45,591 nt of DNA from Armatimonadota bacterium (GTDB lineage Bacteria > Armatimonadota > Fimbriimonadia > Fimbriimonadales > Fimbriimonadaceae). Position 1 is the stretch's first letter, and every line of letters starts with the position of its first letter. The notes beneath the pieces are model-generated. The model was not told where the DNA came from, made no database searches, and worked only from the letters and a program-made list of their open reading frames with translations. This document shows positions 1 to 10,194 of this stretch, piece after piece. A program made the translations under genes and the position numbers. The stretch lies in the NCBI GenBank assembly GCA_031400935.1, contig JANNQV010000015.1, forward strand, positions 186,001 to 231,591, written 5' to 3'.

Positions 1-21
1 ATCATCGCTACAATACAAATT

Positions 22-174
22 GTGAGCAGAGCAGAGCAGAGCAGAGCAGAGCAGAGCAGAGCAGAGCAGAGCAGAGCAGAGCAGAGCAGAGCAGAGCGCA
101 ACGCGGATCAAATACGGCTTGCCAACTTTTGTGACCGAATACTGTTACTGAGAAGCGCAGGTGATTTGCGGTGA
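22..174 (+). CDS. Putative short ORF containing SRAEQ repeats (or the 3' end of a gene truncated by the window edge)
   Basis: The frame is open from position 1 to TGA at 172-174. GTG at 22 lies 7 nt after TACAAT (9-14). The stop overlaps the GTG start of the next gene (GTGA at 171-174). Confidence 0.35.
   Translation: MSRAEQSRAEQSRAEQSRAEQSRAERNADQIRLANFCDRILLLRSAGDLR
24..97. repeat. Pentanucleotide microsatellite (GCAGA)14 with partial flanking units
   Basis: Perfect GCAGA units from 26 to 95, read directly from the sequence. Confidence 0.97.
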
Positions 175-632
175 TTGCGAAACTTGCTCTATTCATGTTG
201 CTTTGCACATTCGTTGCAATCTTGAATTTTCCGGCGCTACTAAAGTGGCACGATGAGTTGGGAATTTTATCTGAATGGAGCCCGTCCGGTTCCTTTTCAG
301 CTCCTTCAATTGATGAGCAGGGAAAGACAATTGGTAGTGGCACCTATCAACTTTTGGTTATGCCCGATTGCGACTCCTGTTCTATTAAGTCAATAGATTA
401 TCAGAACATTTTCAAATCTAGTTCAAAGACAAACTGGCTGTTGGTGTTTCAAACTAAGTATGCTCATATCCCTTTGAAATGGAAGACTGTCCGTCGAAAT
501 ATCTTTGTGTTGACTGATCAGAAGACTACAATTCCAAAAGAATGGCTCATTAAAGCACCAGTCTTTGCACGAGCGTCAATCGCTCTATTGACTAGAGACA
601 CGATCGCAGTTACTGTGGGCAACGTGAAATGA
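171..632 (+). CDS. Hypothetical exported/membrane-anchored protein with CxxC motif (thioredoxin-like?)
   Basis: Hydrophobic N-terminus, LLVMPDCDSCS motif, and ATGA overlap with the downstream gene. Confidence 0.65.
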   Translation: MIAKLALFMLLCTFVAILNFPALLKWHDELGILSEWSPSGSFSAPSIDEQGKTIGSGTYQLLVMPDCDSCSIKSIDYQNIFKSSSKTNWLLVFQTKYAHIPLKWKTVRRNIFVLTDQKTTIPKEWLIKAPVFARASIALLTRDTIAVTVGNVK

Positions 633-1207
633 AACAAAGAGCGGTGACCTTAATCGAAGTCCTCATCGTGGTTGCAATAATTGCAATTATTGCGGCATTG
701 TTGTTCCCTGTCCTCAGTCGTTCAAAAGAAGCATCCAAGGTGACGGTGTCCATTTCGAGGCTCAAGCAATTGCATTTGATGACCAAGCTGTATCAGGCGG
801 ACTACGATGGTGATGGCAGGTACGGACTCCCACAAGACATGGGACTTCCGCTGCGCGGGCCCGAGCCGGGAACTGCCGTAATGTCCAGCTTCAAGGCATA
901 CGGATTCATAACAGAACTGATACTAAGCCCTTGTGGTTGCCACCCGCACAATATGTGTGGTGAAGAGCAACATATGCGATTGGTATGGAGCGAAACATGG
1001 TGGGTAGAGGAATCGCAAACATATCGAGAAATGATTCCGCTGTATTCGGATTTCAACTGCAATTCTTGGGATATCCATCTCTCGAATGATTTGATTTCTA
1101 AGCGAGGAATCACCGTGCTCTTAAGTGGTACAGCGCGTACCAGACAGTCAATTGGTAATCCGTTTAAACCCGAATTCTTTGTAAGACGAGACGAAATCTC
1201 AAATTAA
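629..1207 (+). CDS. Prepilin-type N-terminal cleavage/methylation domain protein (pseudopilin-like)
   Basis: MKQRA|VTLIEVLIVVAIIAIIAALLFPVLSRSKE class III signal, followed by an S-x-LKQL...Y..DYD motif typical of this family. Confidence 0.88.
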   Translation: MKQRAVTLIEVLIVVAIIAIIAALLFPVLSRSKEASKVTVSISRLKQLHLMTKLYQADYDGDGRYGLPQDMGLPLRGPEPGTAVMSSFKAYGFITELILSPCGCHPHNMCGEEQHMRLVWSETWWVEESQTYREMIPLYSDFNCNSWDIHLSNDLISKRGITVLLSGTARTRQSIGNPFKPEFFVRRDEISN

Positions 1208-1227
1208 ATGATACAGGAGTTAACAAA

Positions 1228-1509
1228 ATGAAACGCTTAATTATTTCATGTGGCCTCGTGCTCTTTGCATCGGCTTCTTATGCCATTTGGTGCCTAACGT
1301 GCAATCCCCCGACGTGCGCTAGTGGTTGGAAAGCCCAATTGGAGACAACTCCGTCGCGATGCGGTGCTGAAGATGACGTGCCCAATTCAGCGTGGTGTAG
1401 GGAATGGTGGAAGACACTTTGGTCATGCAAGAATGGGACACAAGGCTATCAGACAAGTACTGAAGATCATCACTATTTGGATTGTACTAACCAAGATCAT
1501 TGTAACTGA
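1228..1509 (+). CDS. Small secreted cysteine-rich protein
   Basis: AGGAG SD upstream; Sec signal ending ASYA; the ~74-aa mature part has 8 Cys and several Trp. Confidence 0.75.
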   Translation: MKRLIISCGLVLFASASYAIWCLTCNPPTCASGWKAQLETTPSRCGAEDDVPNSAWCREWWKTLWSCKNGTQGYQTSTEDHHYLDCTNQDHCN

Positions 1510-1552
1510 ACCTTTAGGTACCAATTACCCTAACGTGGCAAGTCAAGAATCT

Positions 1553-2188
1553 ATGAAGCGGCCGCCGATCGTCGTGTATTTGTCGGCAGGGCTGGCTGTC
1601 TTTGCTATAGTCGCCATTATTGCGTTGATTAGAAAAAGGGAGACTTTAGAATCAGTTTGTGAGAAAACCACTCATGCAATCATAACTGCGGACGGCAGAA
1701 CATATCTTGAATATATGAGCAAACTTGAATCTGAAGCCTATGGCCTTAACGCGGAGCAATGGTCAAAGGCAATCGAACACCTTTGTGGAAAACAGTTCAC
1801 ATCATGGGTGAATGTGTCAACGCCAATACTCGAATACAGTGAGCCAACGGAGACCCTTAATTATCGGCAAGTTTTCATTAGACCTTCCGGGGAATCTGTC
1901 GAGTTAAGTATTATGGTTGGTAGAAGCGATACCGTACCAAAGCATTACCTCAATCTAGGATCATTAATTGCGACCATTTCTAAGATGAAATACCCGCAGA
2001 AGCCTGGAACTGACAAGCGTCTTTCTGACTATTATTCAGTCCGTGATTTATTGGAGAGCGAAGCTGAAGAACTAAGAATTCTTGGACTGCACGGACTATT
2101 CGATTCGCAAACTCAGAGAATAATGACTTGGGATGAGTTCAAGTTGGTAATTGATACGCGAATCAAGAGAAGAGAAAGTACGAGATGA
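1553..2188 (+). CDS. Hypothetical protein with N-terminal membrane anchor
   Basis: ATG at 1553 (MKRPPIVVYLSAGLAVFAIVAIIAL...) is followed by a TM helix. The longer 1322 start overlaps the previous gene. Confidence 0.7.
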   Translation: MKRPPIVVYLSAGLAVFAIVAIIALIRKRETLESVCEKTTHAIITADGRTYLEYMSKLESEAYGLNAEQWSKAIEHLCGKQFTSWVNVSTPILEYSEPTETLNYRQVFIRPSGESVELSIMVGRSDTVPKHYLNLGSLIATISKMKYPQKPGTDKRLSDYYSVRDLLESEAEELRILGLHGLFDSQTQRIMTWDEFKLVIDTRIKRRESTR

Positions 2189-2322
2189 CTATTAGTAGAT
2201 AAATTGCTCTGTTTAGTAGCCAACTGATCATCTAGCCGGCTGTAATGGGAGCTTCTTTCCAAATCAGTTCAGTGGGGATTTATTATGATTTTGGTACGAG
2301 CCAACCCAAGTACAATACTCAT

Positions 2323-3528
2323 ATGCCCTTCGCATCCATCCCTGAAGCTTTAGAAGAACTGAAGAACGCAAAAATGATCATCGTCGTGGATGATCCTGAC
2401 CGGGAAAATGAAGGCGACCTGATCCTCGCAGGCGAATGCTGCACCCCTGAAGCTGTCAATTTCATGATTCGTGAAGGACGCGGCGTTCCCTTCATCCCGA
2501 CAACCCCTGAAAGGCTCACTGAGCTTGGAATCCCGATGATGACCAAGCAAAACACTGCCCGCCTGGGGACAGCCATGGCAGAAACCGTGGACGCCCTTCA
2601 TGGAACAACGACCGGAGTTTCGGCTCATGATCGTTCGCGCACCGTTGAGGTTTTTTGCGACCCGAATGCAAAGCCTAAGGACCTTGCACGACCGGGTCAT
2701 GTGATTCCCTTACGTGCAGACAAGGGAGGTGTATTGAAGCGCGCCGGCCATACCGAGGCTTCGGTTGATCTGGTCCAGCTTGCCGGGTTCAAAATGCCCG
2801 TAGCTGTCGGTGTTGAAATCGTTGATGAAGACGGTTCGATGATGCGGCTAGATGGCCTGACAAAGTTCGCCAAAAAGTGGAATCTCAAAATGATCACGAT
2901 TGCCGACTTGATCGCTTATCGCCGCAAGCATGAGAACTTGATCCAGTTGAGTGCTGGGCCGATTGATTTTCCTACAAAGTTTGGACACTTCAAATTATTT
3001 GTGTATGAAACGACAGTTGAACCGCATCCATATTTGGCAATTGTAAAGGGCGATGTTTGTTCTGAGGAACCCGTTTTGGTGCGAGTTCATTCTAGCTGCC
3101 TGACAGGCGATCTTTTGCAGTCGCTTCGATGCGATTGCGGCGATCAGCTTTCGATGGCTCTTCAAAGAATCGAGGCTGAAGGACGGGGCGTAGTGATCTA
3201 TATCGCTCAAGAAGGACGCGGGATCGGGCTTGTTAATAAGCTAAAAGCGTACGAACTACAAGACACCGGGTTGGATACGGTTGAAGCTAACGAGGCCCTT
3301 GGTTTCAAAGCTGATTATCGAGATTACGGGCTTGGGGCGCAAGTTTTGGCGGATTTGGGAATCCAGAAAATTCGACTCCTGACTAATAATCCTGCAAAGC
3401 GGGCGGGGCTTCAGGGTTACGGGCTTGAGATTGTGGAGAGAGTTTCGTTAATCGCCGGGCCAGAAGAAGAGCGGGCGGGCTATTTAGAGACGAAAAAGAA
3501 GAAAATGGGGCATTTTTTGGAAGGTTAG
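2323..3528 (+). CDS. ribBA: Bifunctional 3,4-dihydroxy-2-butanone-4-phosphate synthase / GTP cyclohydrolase II
   Basis: DRENEGD, TTGVSAHDR and RAGHTEA (RibB); RVHSSCLTGD..SLRCDCG and QEGRGIGL (RibA). Start re-assigned to MPFASIPEA. Confidence 0.97.
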   Translation: MPFASIPEALEELKNAKMIIVVDDPDRENEGDLILAGECCTPEAVNFMIREGRGVPFIPTTPERLTELGIPMMTKQNTARLGTAMAETVDALHGTTTGVSAHDRSRTVEVFCDPNAKPKDLARPGHVIPLRADKGGVLKRAGHTEASVDLVQLAGFKMPVAVGVEIVDEDGSMMRLDGLTKFAKKWNLKMITIADLIAYRRKHENLIQLSAGPIDFPTKFGHFKLFVYETTVEPHPYLAIVKGDVCSEEPVLVRVHSSCLTGDLLQSLRCDCGDQLSMALQRIEAEGRGVVIYIAQEGRGIGLVNKLKAYELQDTGLDTVEANEALGFKADYRDYGLGAQVLADLGIQKIRLLTNNPAKRAGLQGYGLEIVERVSLIAGPEEERAGYLETKKKKMGHFLEG

Positions 3529-3576
3529 CGTCGCCACTCGGTATACTCCCCATTGAGATAAGGCGACAGGCCAAGG

Positions 3577-3615
3577 GCCGGCGGATCCTCGAAAAGGGAT
3601 CGCCGGTATTTTTTT
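3577..3615 (+). terminator. Intrinsic terminator-like hairpin between ribBA and purA (possible attenuator)
   Basis: GCCGGCG-GATCC...GGAT-CGCCGGT stem followed by ATTTTTTT. Confidence 0.7.
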
Positions 3616-3617
3616 GA

Positions 3618-4931
<1,314 letters not shown>

Positions 4932-4983
4932 CGTACTTTCAGCGGCTAACCGGCATGAGCGGGTTGCCCGGAGGTAAGTTAAG

Positions 4984-6282
4984 TTGTCCATGTCATCCAT
5001 TATGAAATTATCCCACTGGAGTTCCTGCGTTGGCTTTGTTGCATTGGCTGTGCCTGCATGGTCGCAGGCGGAAACATTGAGCCTAAATGAAGCTATTAGC
5101 ATGGCTCGCAAGAACAATGGAACGATCCGTTCTGCGATGCTAGATCATGAAGCATCAAAAAGCCGGGTTGCTTCTTCATTTTCATCGTTTCTGCCTTCTG
5201 TTACGCCTAGCTATCGCTACGATAGCTCACGGTCTTCAACGACATCCGGCGTGACCAATCTAAACGATGGCTATCCGACCGTTTCGGCGAGTTGGCAATT
5301 AATTGATTCTGGGCAAAGAGAATTGTCGTTTCGAGTCAGCAAACGGTCCGCCGCCCAAGCTGGATCAAACGCCTTGCAAACGATTCGGCAAATCCTGTTT
5401 TCCGTTCACGAACAGTATTTGAACACTCTCAGGGCGCAAGAACTTGTTCGGGTCAGCGAAGCTTCGGTAGAGCGAGCCGAAGAAATTCTAAAAGCTACCG
5501 AAGCGCAGATAGCCGCAAAGCAAGTTGCCGAAAAGGACAGATTACAGGCGCAGGCAGATCGGCTCAATGCAAAAGTAGATTTCCTTGGAGCAAAAAACCA
5601 GCTTTCTGGTGCAACCGCATCGCTGAAAGCCAGCATCGGCTGGGAGGCGCTTCGCCCACTTCCCGCGCTGGACAGAATGATGGATGCTGCTTTGATGGAA
5701 CCGCTTGGCGAGCTCGCAGATTTGATCAAATCTGGAATTGCGTCCAGGGAAGACTTACGATCTAGAAGGTTTGGAATCGAGGCGCAAAGGCTGAGCGTCA
5801 GTCGCGCACAAAGGGATGCAGGAATTTCGTTCTCGCTCGATGCAAATTACACCAGAAATTGGAGCGACACGGAACTTGACAGCAGAAGCATTACGTTTCT
5901 AACTTCAATACCCCTGTTCGATGGAAACGCAAGGCGCGAAGCGGTTCGGCAAGAAGAATTTGGACTTCGTTCTGACATAAGTACATACGACCAGGCTGTC
6001 CGCGTGGCCTCGGCTGAAATCGAATCTGCATACCTCGAATTGGCACAGAATCGAGAGCGAATCGAAGCTGCGACCGCCGCGCTCGAAGCCGCTCGTTTGA
6101 ACTACAAAGCCGCAAGCGAAGCTCAAAAACTAGGCGCAGATGGCACAAGTGTGATTACTGTTCTAACTGCGAAGATTTCCCTGGTTACAGCGGAATCAAA
6201 TTATGTGGACGCGCTGTACGATGTAAAGATTTCGGAGGTTCAGCTGAAGCTGGTAACGGGCCAGCCTATTCCGGGCGAATAA
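4984..6282 (+). CDS. TolC family outer membrane efflux protein
   Basis: Signal peptide, LSLNEAI N-terminus, FLPSVT and IPLFDG motifs, helical OEP repeats; GGAGG upstream. Confidence 0.9.
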   Translation: MSMSSIMKLSHWSSCVGFVALAVPAWSQAETLSLNEAISMARKNNGTIRSAMLDHEASKSRVASSFSSFLPSVTPSYRYDSSRSSTTSGVTNLNDGYPTVSASWQLIDSGQRELSFRVSKRSAAQAGSNALQTIRQILFSVHEQYLNTLRAQELVRVSEASVERAEEILKATEAQIAAKQVAEKDRLQAQADRLNAKVDFLGAKNQLSGATASLKASIGWEALRPLPALDRMMDAALMEPLGELADLIKSGIASREDLRSRRFGIEAQRLSVSRAQRDAGISFSLDANYTRNWSDTELDSRSITFLTSIPLFDGNARREAVRQEEFGLRSDISTYDQAVRVASAEIESAYLELAQNRERIEAATAALEAARLNYKAASEAQKLGADGTSVITVLTAKISLVTAESNYVDALYDVKISEVQLKLVTGQPIPGE

Positions 6283-6288
6283 ATATCT

Positions 6289-8088
6289 ATGAAAGCATCT
6301 TGGATTTTTGGTGGCATTGGGGTCGTCGTCGTTGGCGGCCTATTTATGTACTTTCGTGGCGGCGCAGCCGAAGCCGACGACATCGAATACCGCTATTCCA
6401 AGATTCAAAAAGGGGAGCTAATGCGCTCGACAACGGCTTCGGGAGTCCTTGTTGCTCAGACTTCTATTGATGTTCGGTCGAAGGCGGGTGGGACAATCGT
6501 TCAGCTCGCCGTAGATGCTGGCTCAATCGTGAAAAAAGGCGATCTCATCGCAATTATTGACCCAAGGGATACCAGAGCCCTGTACGATCAAGCCCTTTCT
6601 GATGTGAAAACTGCCAATGCCAGAATTGACCAATCGAAAGCCAATTACACGATGCAAGTAGCAAATAGCTCTAGTTCAGTTCGAGATGCTGAAATTGCGT
6701 TGGAGCAAGCCAAAATTCGGCTCGAAAAGGCAAGAATTTCTGATATTCGAGCACCGATTTCGAGCAATGCTCAAATTGACATGGCGCTGGCCCAATGGGA
6801 AACAGCAAAAGAAGAGCTGGATCGGTTTTTGAAAATTACAGATCCTCAAAGGACACGTGACGCCGAGGGGGCGCTCTACCAAACGAGAGCTTCGAACGAG
6901 GCCGCGATGCTCGAATTGGAGCGCCAAAGAGATTTGTTGTCAAAAGGCTATGTGTCGCAATCGTCCGTTGACCGAGCCACGGCTGCATTTGCGGCAGCCA
7001 GTGCTGCGTACGAAACCGCAAAACTGCGGAGAGAGAATCTTGACCAAGACCTCGCGGCTGAAGAACGAACTCTAAGACTCTCCGTCAATCGTGCCGCTGC
7101 AGCACTGGACGATGCGAAAGCACAAGGGAGCCTGGTAGAAACCTCCAAACGAGATTTGCGTGAAGCGCAAGCAGCCGTAAAGGCGGCGGAGGTCAATCTG
7201 CAGCGGGCAAAGGACGCGAGGCTCACAAACAATGTGAGGGCAGGAGAGCTTTCTGCTTCGCAGTCGGGTGCGGTTCGAAGCAGAGTTGCACTCGACAACG
7301 CAAAAGTTCAACTTGAATCCACAACCGTTTTGGCACCTCGCGATGGCGTAGTAACGCTCAAATATGCCGAAGAAGGCACCGTTATCCCCCCAGGAGTCAG
7401 CCAATTTTCTGCTGGCTCGAACATCGTTCAGCTAAGCGATGTCACCCGCCTTTTTGTGGATTGCGCGGTAGATGAGGCGGACATTTCAAATGTGAAGGAA
7501 GGCCAAAAAACACGAGTCGTAACAGAAGCTTTCCCAGGCGTCCAGATTGACGGAGTTGTGAGGCGCGTTAATCCTTCTGCCACAACTGCAAACAGCATTA
7601 CTGCAATTACCGTTCGAGTCGAATTGCTTCCGAAGCCAGATCAAAAAGTGCGATTAGTGCCTGGTATGAACGCGACTTGCGAATTCATTACTCTAAGCAA
7701 GCCAAACACAATTCTGGTTCCTTCGCAAGCAGTAAAGAGCGATGAATCGGGCTCATACGTAATGGTGAAATCCGCCGACCCTAAGAAACCTGAAAAGCGA
7801 AAGGTCGAATTGGGCGAATCGGGCAACGATGGAGTGGAACTCATTTCCGGGTTGAAAGAAGGCGAAGAAGTCGTAGTTGCGGAAATCAACTTGAAACAGC
7901 TTCGCGAAACGCAGCAGAGAATGGTTGAAGCACAGCAAGGCGGTGGCTTGGCAGGCGGTAGGCCGAATATGGGCGGTTCCCGCGCAACGGGTGCCACTGG
8001 CGGTGGCGGCGGATCACGTCCTGGCGGTGCAGGCGGAGGCATGGGCGGCGGCGGATCGCGACCTGGCGGCGCAGGAGGAGGAAGGTAG
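6289..8088 (+). CDS. Efflux periplasmic adaptor subunit (MacA/HlyD-like) with long coiled-coil and Gly-rich tail
   Basis: V..GSIVKKGDLIA lipoyl-like motif, APRDGVV, VDEADI, PGMNA and GLKEGEEVV. Confidence 0.92.
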   Translation: MKASWIFGGIGVVVVGGLFMYFRGGAAEADDIEYRYSKIQKGELMRSTTASGVLVAQTSIDVRSKAGGTIVQLAVDAGSIVKKGDLIAIIDPRDTRALYDQALSDVKTANARIDQSKANYTMQVANSSSSVRDAEIALEQAKIRLEKARISDIRAPISSNAQIDMALAQWETAKEELDRFLKITDPQRTRDAEGALYQTRASNEAAMLELERQRDLLSKGYVSQSSVDRATAAFAAASAAYETAKLRRENLDQDLAAEERTLRLSVNRAAAALDDAKAQGSLVETSKRDLREAQAAVKAAEVNLQRAKDARLTNNVRAGELSASQSGAVRSRVALDNAKVQLESTTVLAPRDGVVTLKYAEEGTVIPPGVSQFSAGSNIVQLSDVTRLFVDCAVDEADISNVKEGQKTRVVTEAFPGVQIDGVVRRVNPSATTANSITAITVRVELLPKPDQKVRLVPGMNATCEFITLSKPNTILVPSQAVKSDESGSYVMVKSADPKKPEKRKVELGESGNDGVELISGLKEGEEVVVAEINLKQLRETQQRMVEAQQGGGLAGGRPNMGGSRATGATGGGGGSRPGGAGGGMGGGGSRPGGAGGGR

Positions 8089-8090
8089 CC

Positions 8091-9302
8091 ATGACACTCG
8101 GCGACAGTTTCAGCAGCGCCTTAGGTGCGATCATAGCCAACAAGCTTCGTTCAGCTCTAACCATGCTTGGCGTTGTAATCGGTGTGGGCTCGGTTATAGC
8201 CATGATCGGCATCGGCGAAGGCACAAAAAAGAAATCCATCGAGAGCCTCGAAATGATGGGCTCGAACATGATCACCGTTATGCCAGATTGGCGGCGCGGC
8301 GGCCAGAACATGGGTTCAAACACAGGCGCATCCTTAAAGAGAGAGGACCTCGAAGATTTAAAGAAGAATGTTCAAGCAATTTCTTTGATCAGCGGCGCCG
8401 TTCGAGGAAACAAGCCCGTTCAATTCAGTGGCAAGAGCGCCCAAACTACCATCATGGGCGTCGAGCCACAGATGGCAATCATTCGAAATGCAACGAAAAT
8501 GCAATCGGGAACTTGGTTCACAGATGAAGATAACGCGATGCAAAAACAGGTGGCTGTTTTGGGCTACCAGGTTTACGACACGCTCTTTGCGGGAAACACG
8601 GCAGTAGGCGCAACGATTCGAATTGCGGGCCAAAACTACGATGTAGTCGGAGTGATTGATTATAAGGGCGGTTCCGGAATGATGAACCCCGACGATCAGA
8701 TTTATATTCCGCTCGAAACCGCTCAAAAACGCCTCCTCGGTAAAACGAACCTAGATCAAATTTCGGTTCAAGTCATGGACTCGACCATTTTACTGATCAC
8801 GCAACAGCAGATCGAAGATACGCTTGCGGTAAAGCGCAAAAACGCTTCTGGCGATTCCATGTTCCGCGTTTTCAACCAAGGCGAAATGCTCCAGCAAGTC
8901 GAAGACCAAACTCGGCTGCTCAGCTTGCTTTTGGCAGGGATTGCGTCCGTTTCGCTTTTAGTTGGCGGAATCGGAATCATGAACATCATGCTTGTCAGCG
9001 TCACGGAACGAACTCGCGAAATCGGGCTTCGAAAGGCGATTGGCGCGAAAAGAGAGAGCATTTTGACCCAATTTTTGCTCGAAAGTGTAGCGATGTGCCT
9101 ATCTGGTGGCGTATTAGGCATCGTGTTAGGGTCGTTAGGTGTTCAAATAGTGGCGCGAGTAATGAAAGTGCCACCTGCTGTAAGCATTCAATCCATCATT
9201 TTAGCGTTTGGATTTTCCGCTTTGGTAGGAATCTTTTTTGGACTTTATCCGGCAATGCGCGCCAGCCGACTTGACCCTATTGAGGCATTGAGACACGAAT
9301 GA
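8091..9302 (+). CDS. MacB/FtsX-like ABC transporter permease
   Basis: [44 protein letters not shown] and [17 protein letters not shown]. Confidence 0.95.
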   Translation: MTLGDSFSSALGAIIANKLRSALTMLGVVIGVGSVIAMIGIGEGTKKKSIESLEMMGSNMITVMPDWRRGGQNMGSNTGASLKREDLEDLKKNVQAISLISGAVRGNKPVQFSGKSAQTTIMGVEPQMAIIRNATKMQSGTWFTDEDNAMQKQVAVLGYQVYDTLFAGNTAVGATIRIAGQNYDVVGVIDYKGGSGMMNPDDQIYIPLETAQKRLLGKTNLDQISVQVMDSTILLITQQQIEDTLAVKRKNASGDSMFRVFNQGEMLQQVEDQTRLLSLLLAGIASVSLLVGGIGIMNIMLVSVTERTREIGLRKAIGAKRESILTQFLLESVAMCLSGGVLGIVLGSLGVQIVARVMKVPPAVSIQSIILAFGFSALVGIFFGLYPAMRASRLDPIEALRHE

Positions 9303-10045
9303 AGCCAATTATTGAAGCCAAAACTCTTAGCAAAGACTATGTGATGGGCGACCTCGTCGTTCATGCCCTCCGAACCGTTGACGTTACGATCTATGAAGGC
9401 GAATTTGTCGCGATCATGGGTCCTTCAGGAAGTGGAAAATCCACTTTCATGAACTCGATTGGCTGCCTAGATAGGCCGACTAGAGGCGAATACTGGCTTA
9501 GCGGACAAGACGTTGCCGGATTGAGTGAAGACGAACTGGCTTCCATTCGAAACAAGTACATCGGCTTTGTTTTTCAAACCTTTAACTTGTTGCCGCGAAC
9601 ATCCGCACTCAAAAATGTCGAATTGCCCCTAATTTATGCCGGAGATCGAAATCGTGCAGAAAAGGCGATGGCCGCACTAAAGATGGTTGGTTTGGAGCAA
9701 AGAGCGCACCACCGTCCCAACGAGCTATCCGGCGGGCAGCAACAGCGTGTGGCGATTGCCCGAGCGATTGTGAACAACCCAGTTTTGATTCTTGGCGATG
9801 AGCCTACTGGAAACCTAGATTCGCGAACCGCGGAAGAAATCATGGCTCTGTTCCAAGACTTAAACCGAATGGGCAAGACGGTTGTGATCGTTACCCACGA
9901 AATGGACATCGCGAACCACTGTAAGCGAATTATCAAGTTCAAAGATGGCAGGGTGGTTAGTGACGAACTAATCGAAAACCCAATTGATGCACGGGAAATG
10001 CTTGAGAAAATGCCCGATCCAGACGCGGTAACAGTTGCTTCATGA
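9299..10045 (+). CDS. ABC transporter ATP-binding protein (MacB/LolD-like)
   Basis: Walker [10 protein letters not shown], signature LSGGQQQR, and DEPTGNLD. Confidence 0.96.
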   Translation: MKPIIEAKTLSKDYVMGDLVVHALRTVDVTIYEGEFVAIMGPSGSGKSTFMNSIGCLDRPTRGEYWLSGQDVAGLSEDELASIRNKYIGFVFQTFNLLPRTSALKNVELPLIYAGDRNRAEKAMAALKMVGLEQRAHHRPNELSGGQQQRVAIARAIVNNPVLILGDEPTGNLDSRTAEEIMALFQDLNRMGKTVVIVTHEMDIANHCKRIIKFKDGRVVSDELIENPIDAREMLEKMPDPDAVTVAS

Positions 10046-10051
10046 TTTGAA

Positions 10052-10134
10052 GGAGCGCGGAGCTTCGCTTTCGCACTACTTTAATCTAGGTGAGCCTCGG
10101 CTCCGCATTTTGGTCCCCGGACGTCCACGTCCGG
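10052..10134. repeat. Cluster of REP-like short palindromes
   Basis: GGAGCGCGGAGCTTCGCTTTCGC (10052-10074), GAGCCTCGGCTC (10092-10103) and CCGGACGT-CC-ACGTCCGG (10117-10134) lie between convergent genes. Confidence 0.55.
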
Positions 10135-10194
10135 CAGAGCAAACATGGCAACTACCATAGAGGTTTGCAATGATTATGTTATCAAAAGCGTATC

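Noticed and set aside
24..97. Possible CRISPR array
   Set aside because: Contiguous 5-nt units with no spacers, and no cas genes in the window.
8..343. Minus-strand ORF with CSALL repeats
   Set aside because: It is the antisense translation of the microsatellite and overlaps the better-supported plus-strand gene at 171.
2189..2322. FMN riboswitch upstream of ribBA / longer N-terminus from 2245
   Set aside because: No RFN consensus is recognised, and TACAAT 6 nt before ATG 2323 points to a leaderless start.
7939..8085. Gly-rich repeat tail of the efflux adaptor as a separate repeat element
   Set aside because: Low-complexity GGGGSRPGG tails are common on such adaptors, and it is explained as coding sequence.
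7925..8527. 200-aa alternative-frame ORF across the adaptor/permease junction
   Set aside because: Arises from GC-rich Gly codons and overlaps two well-supported genes.
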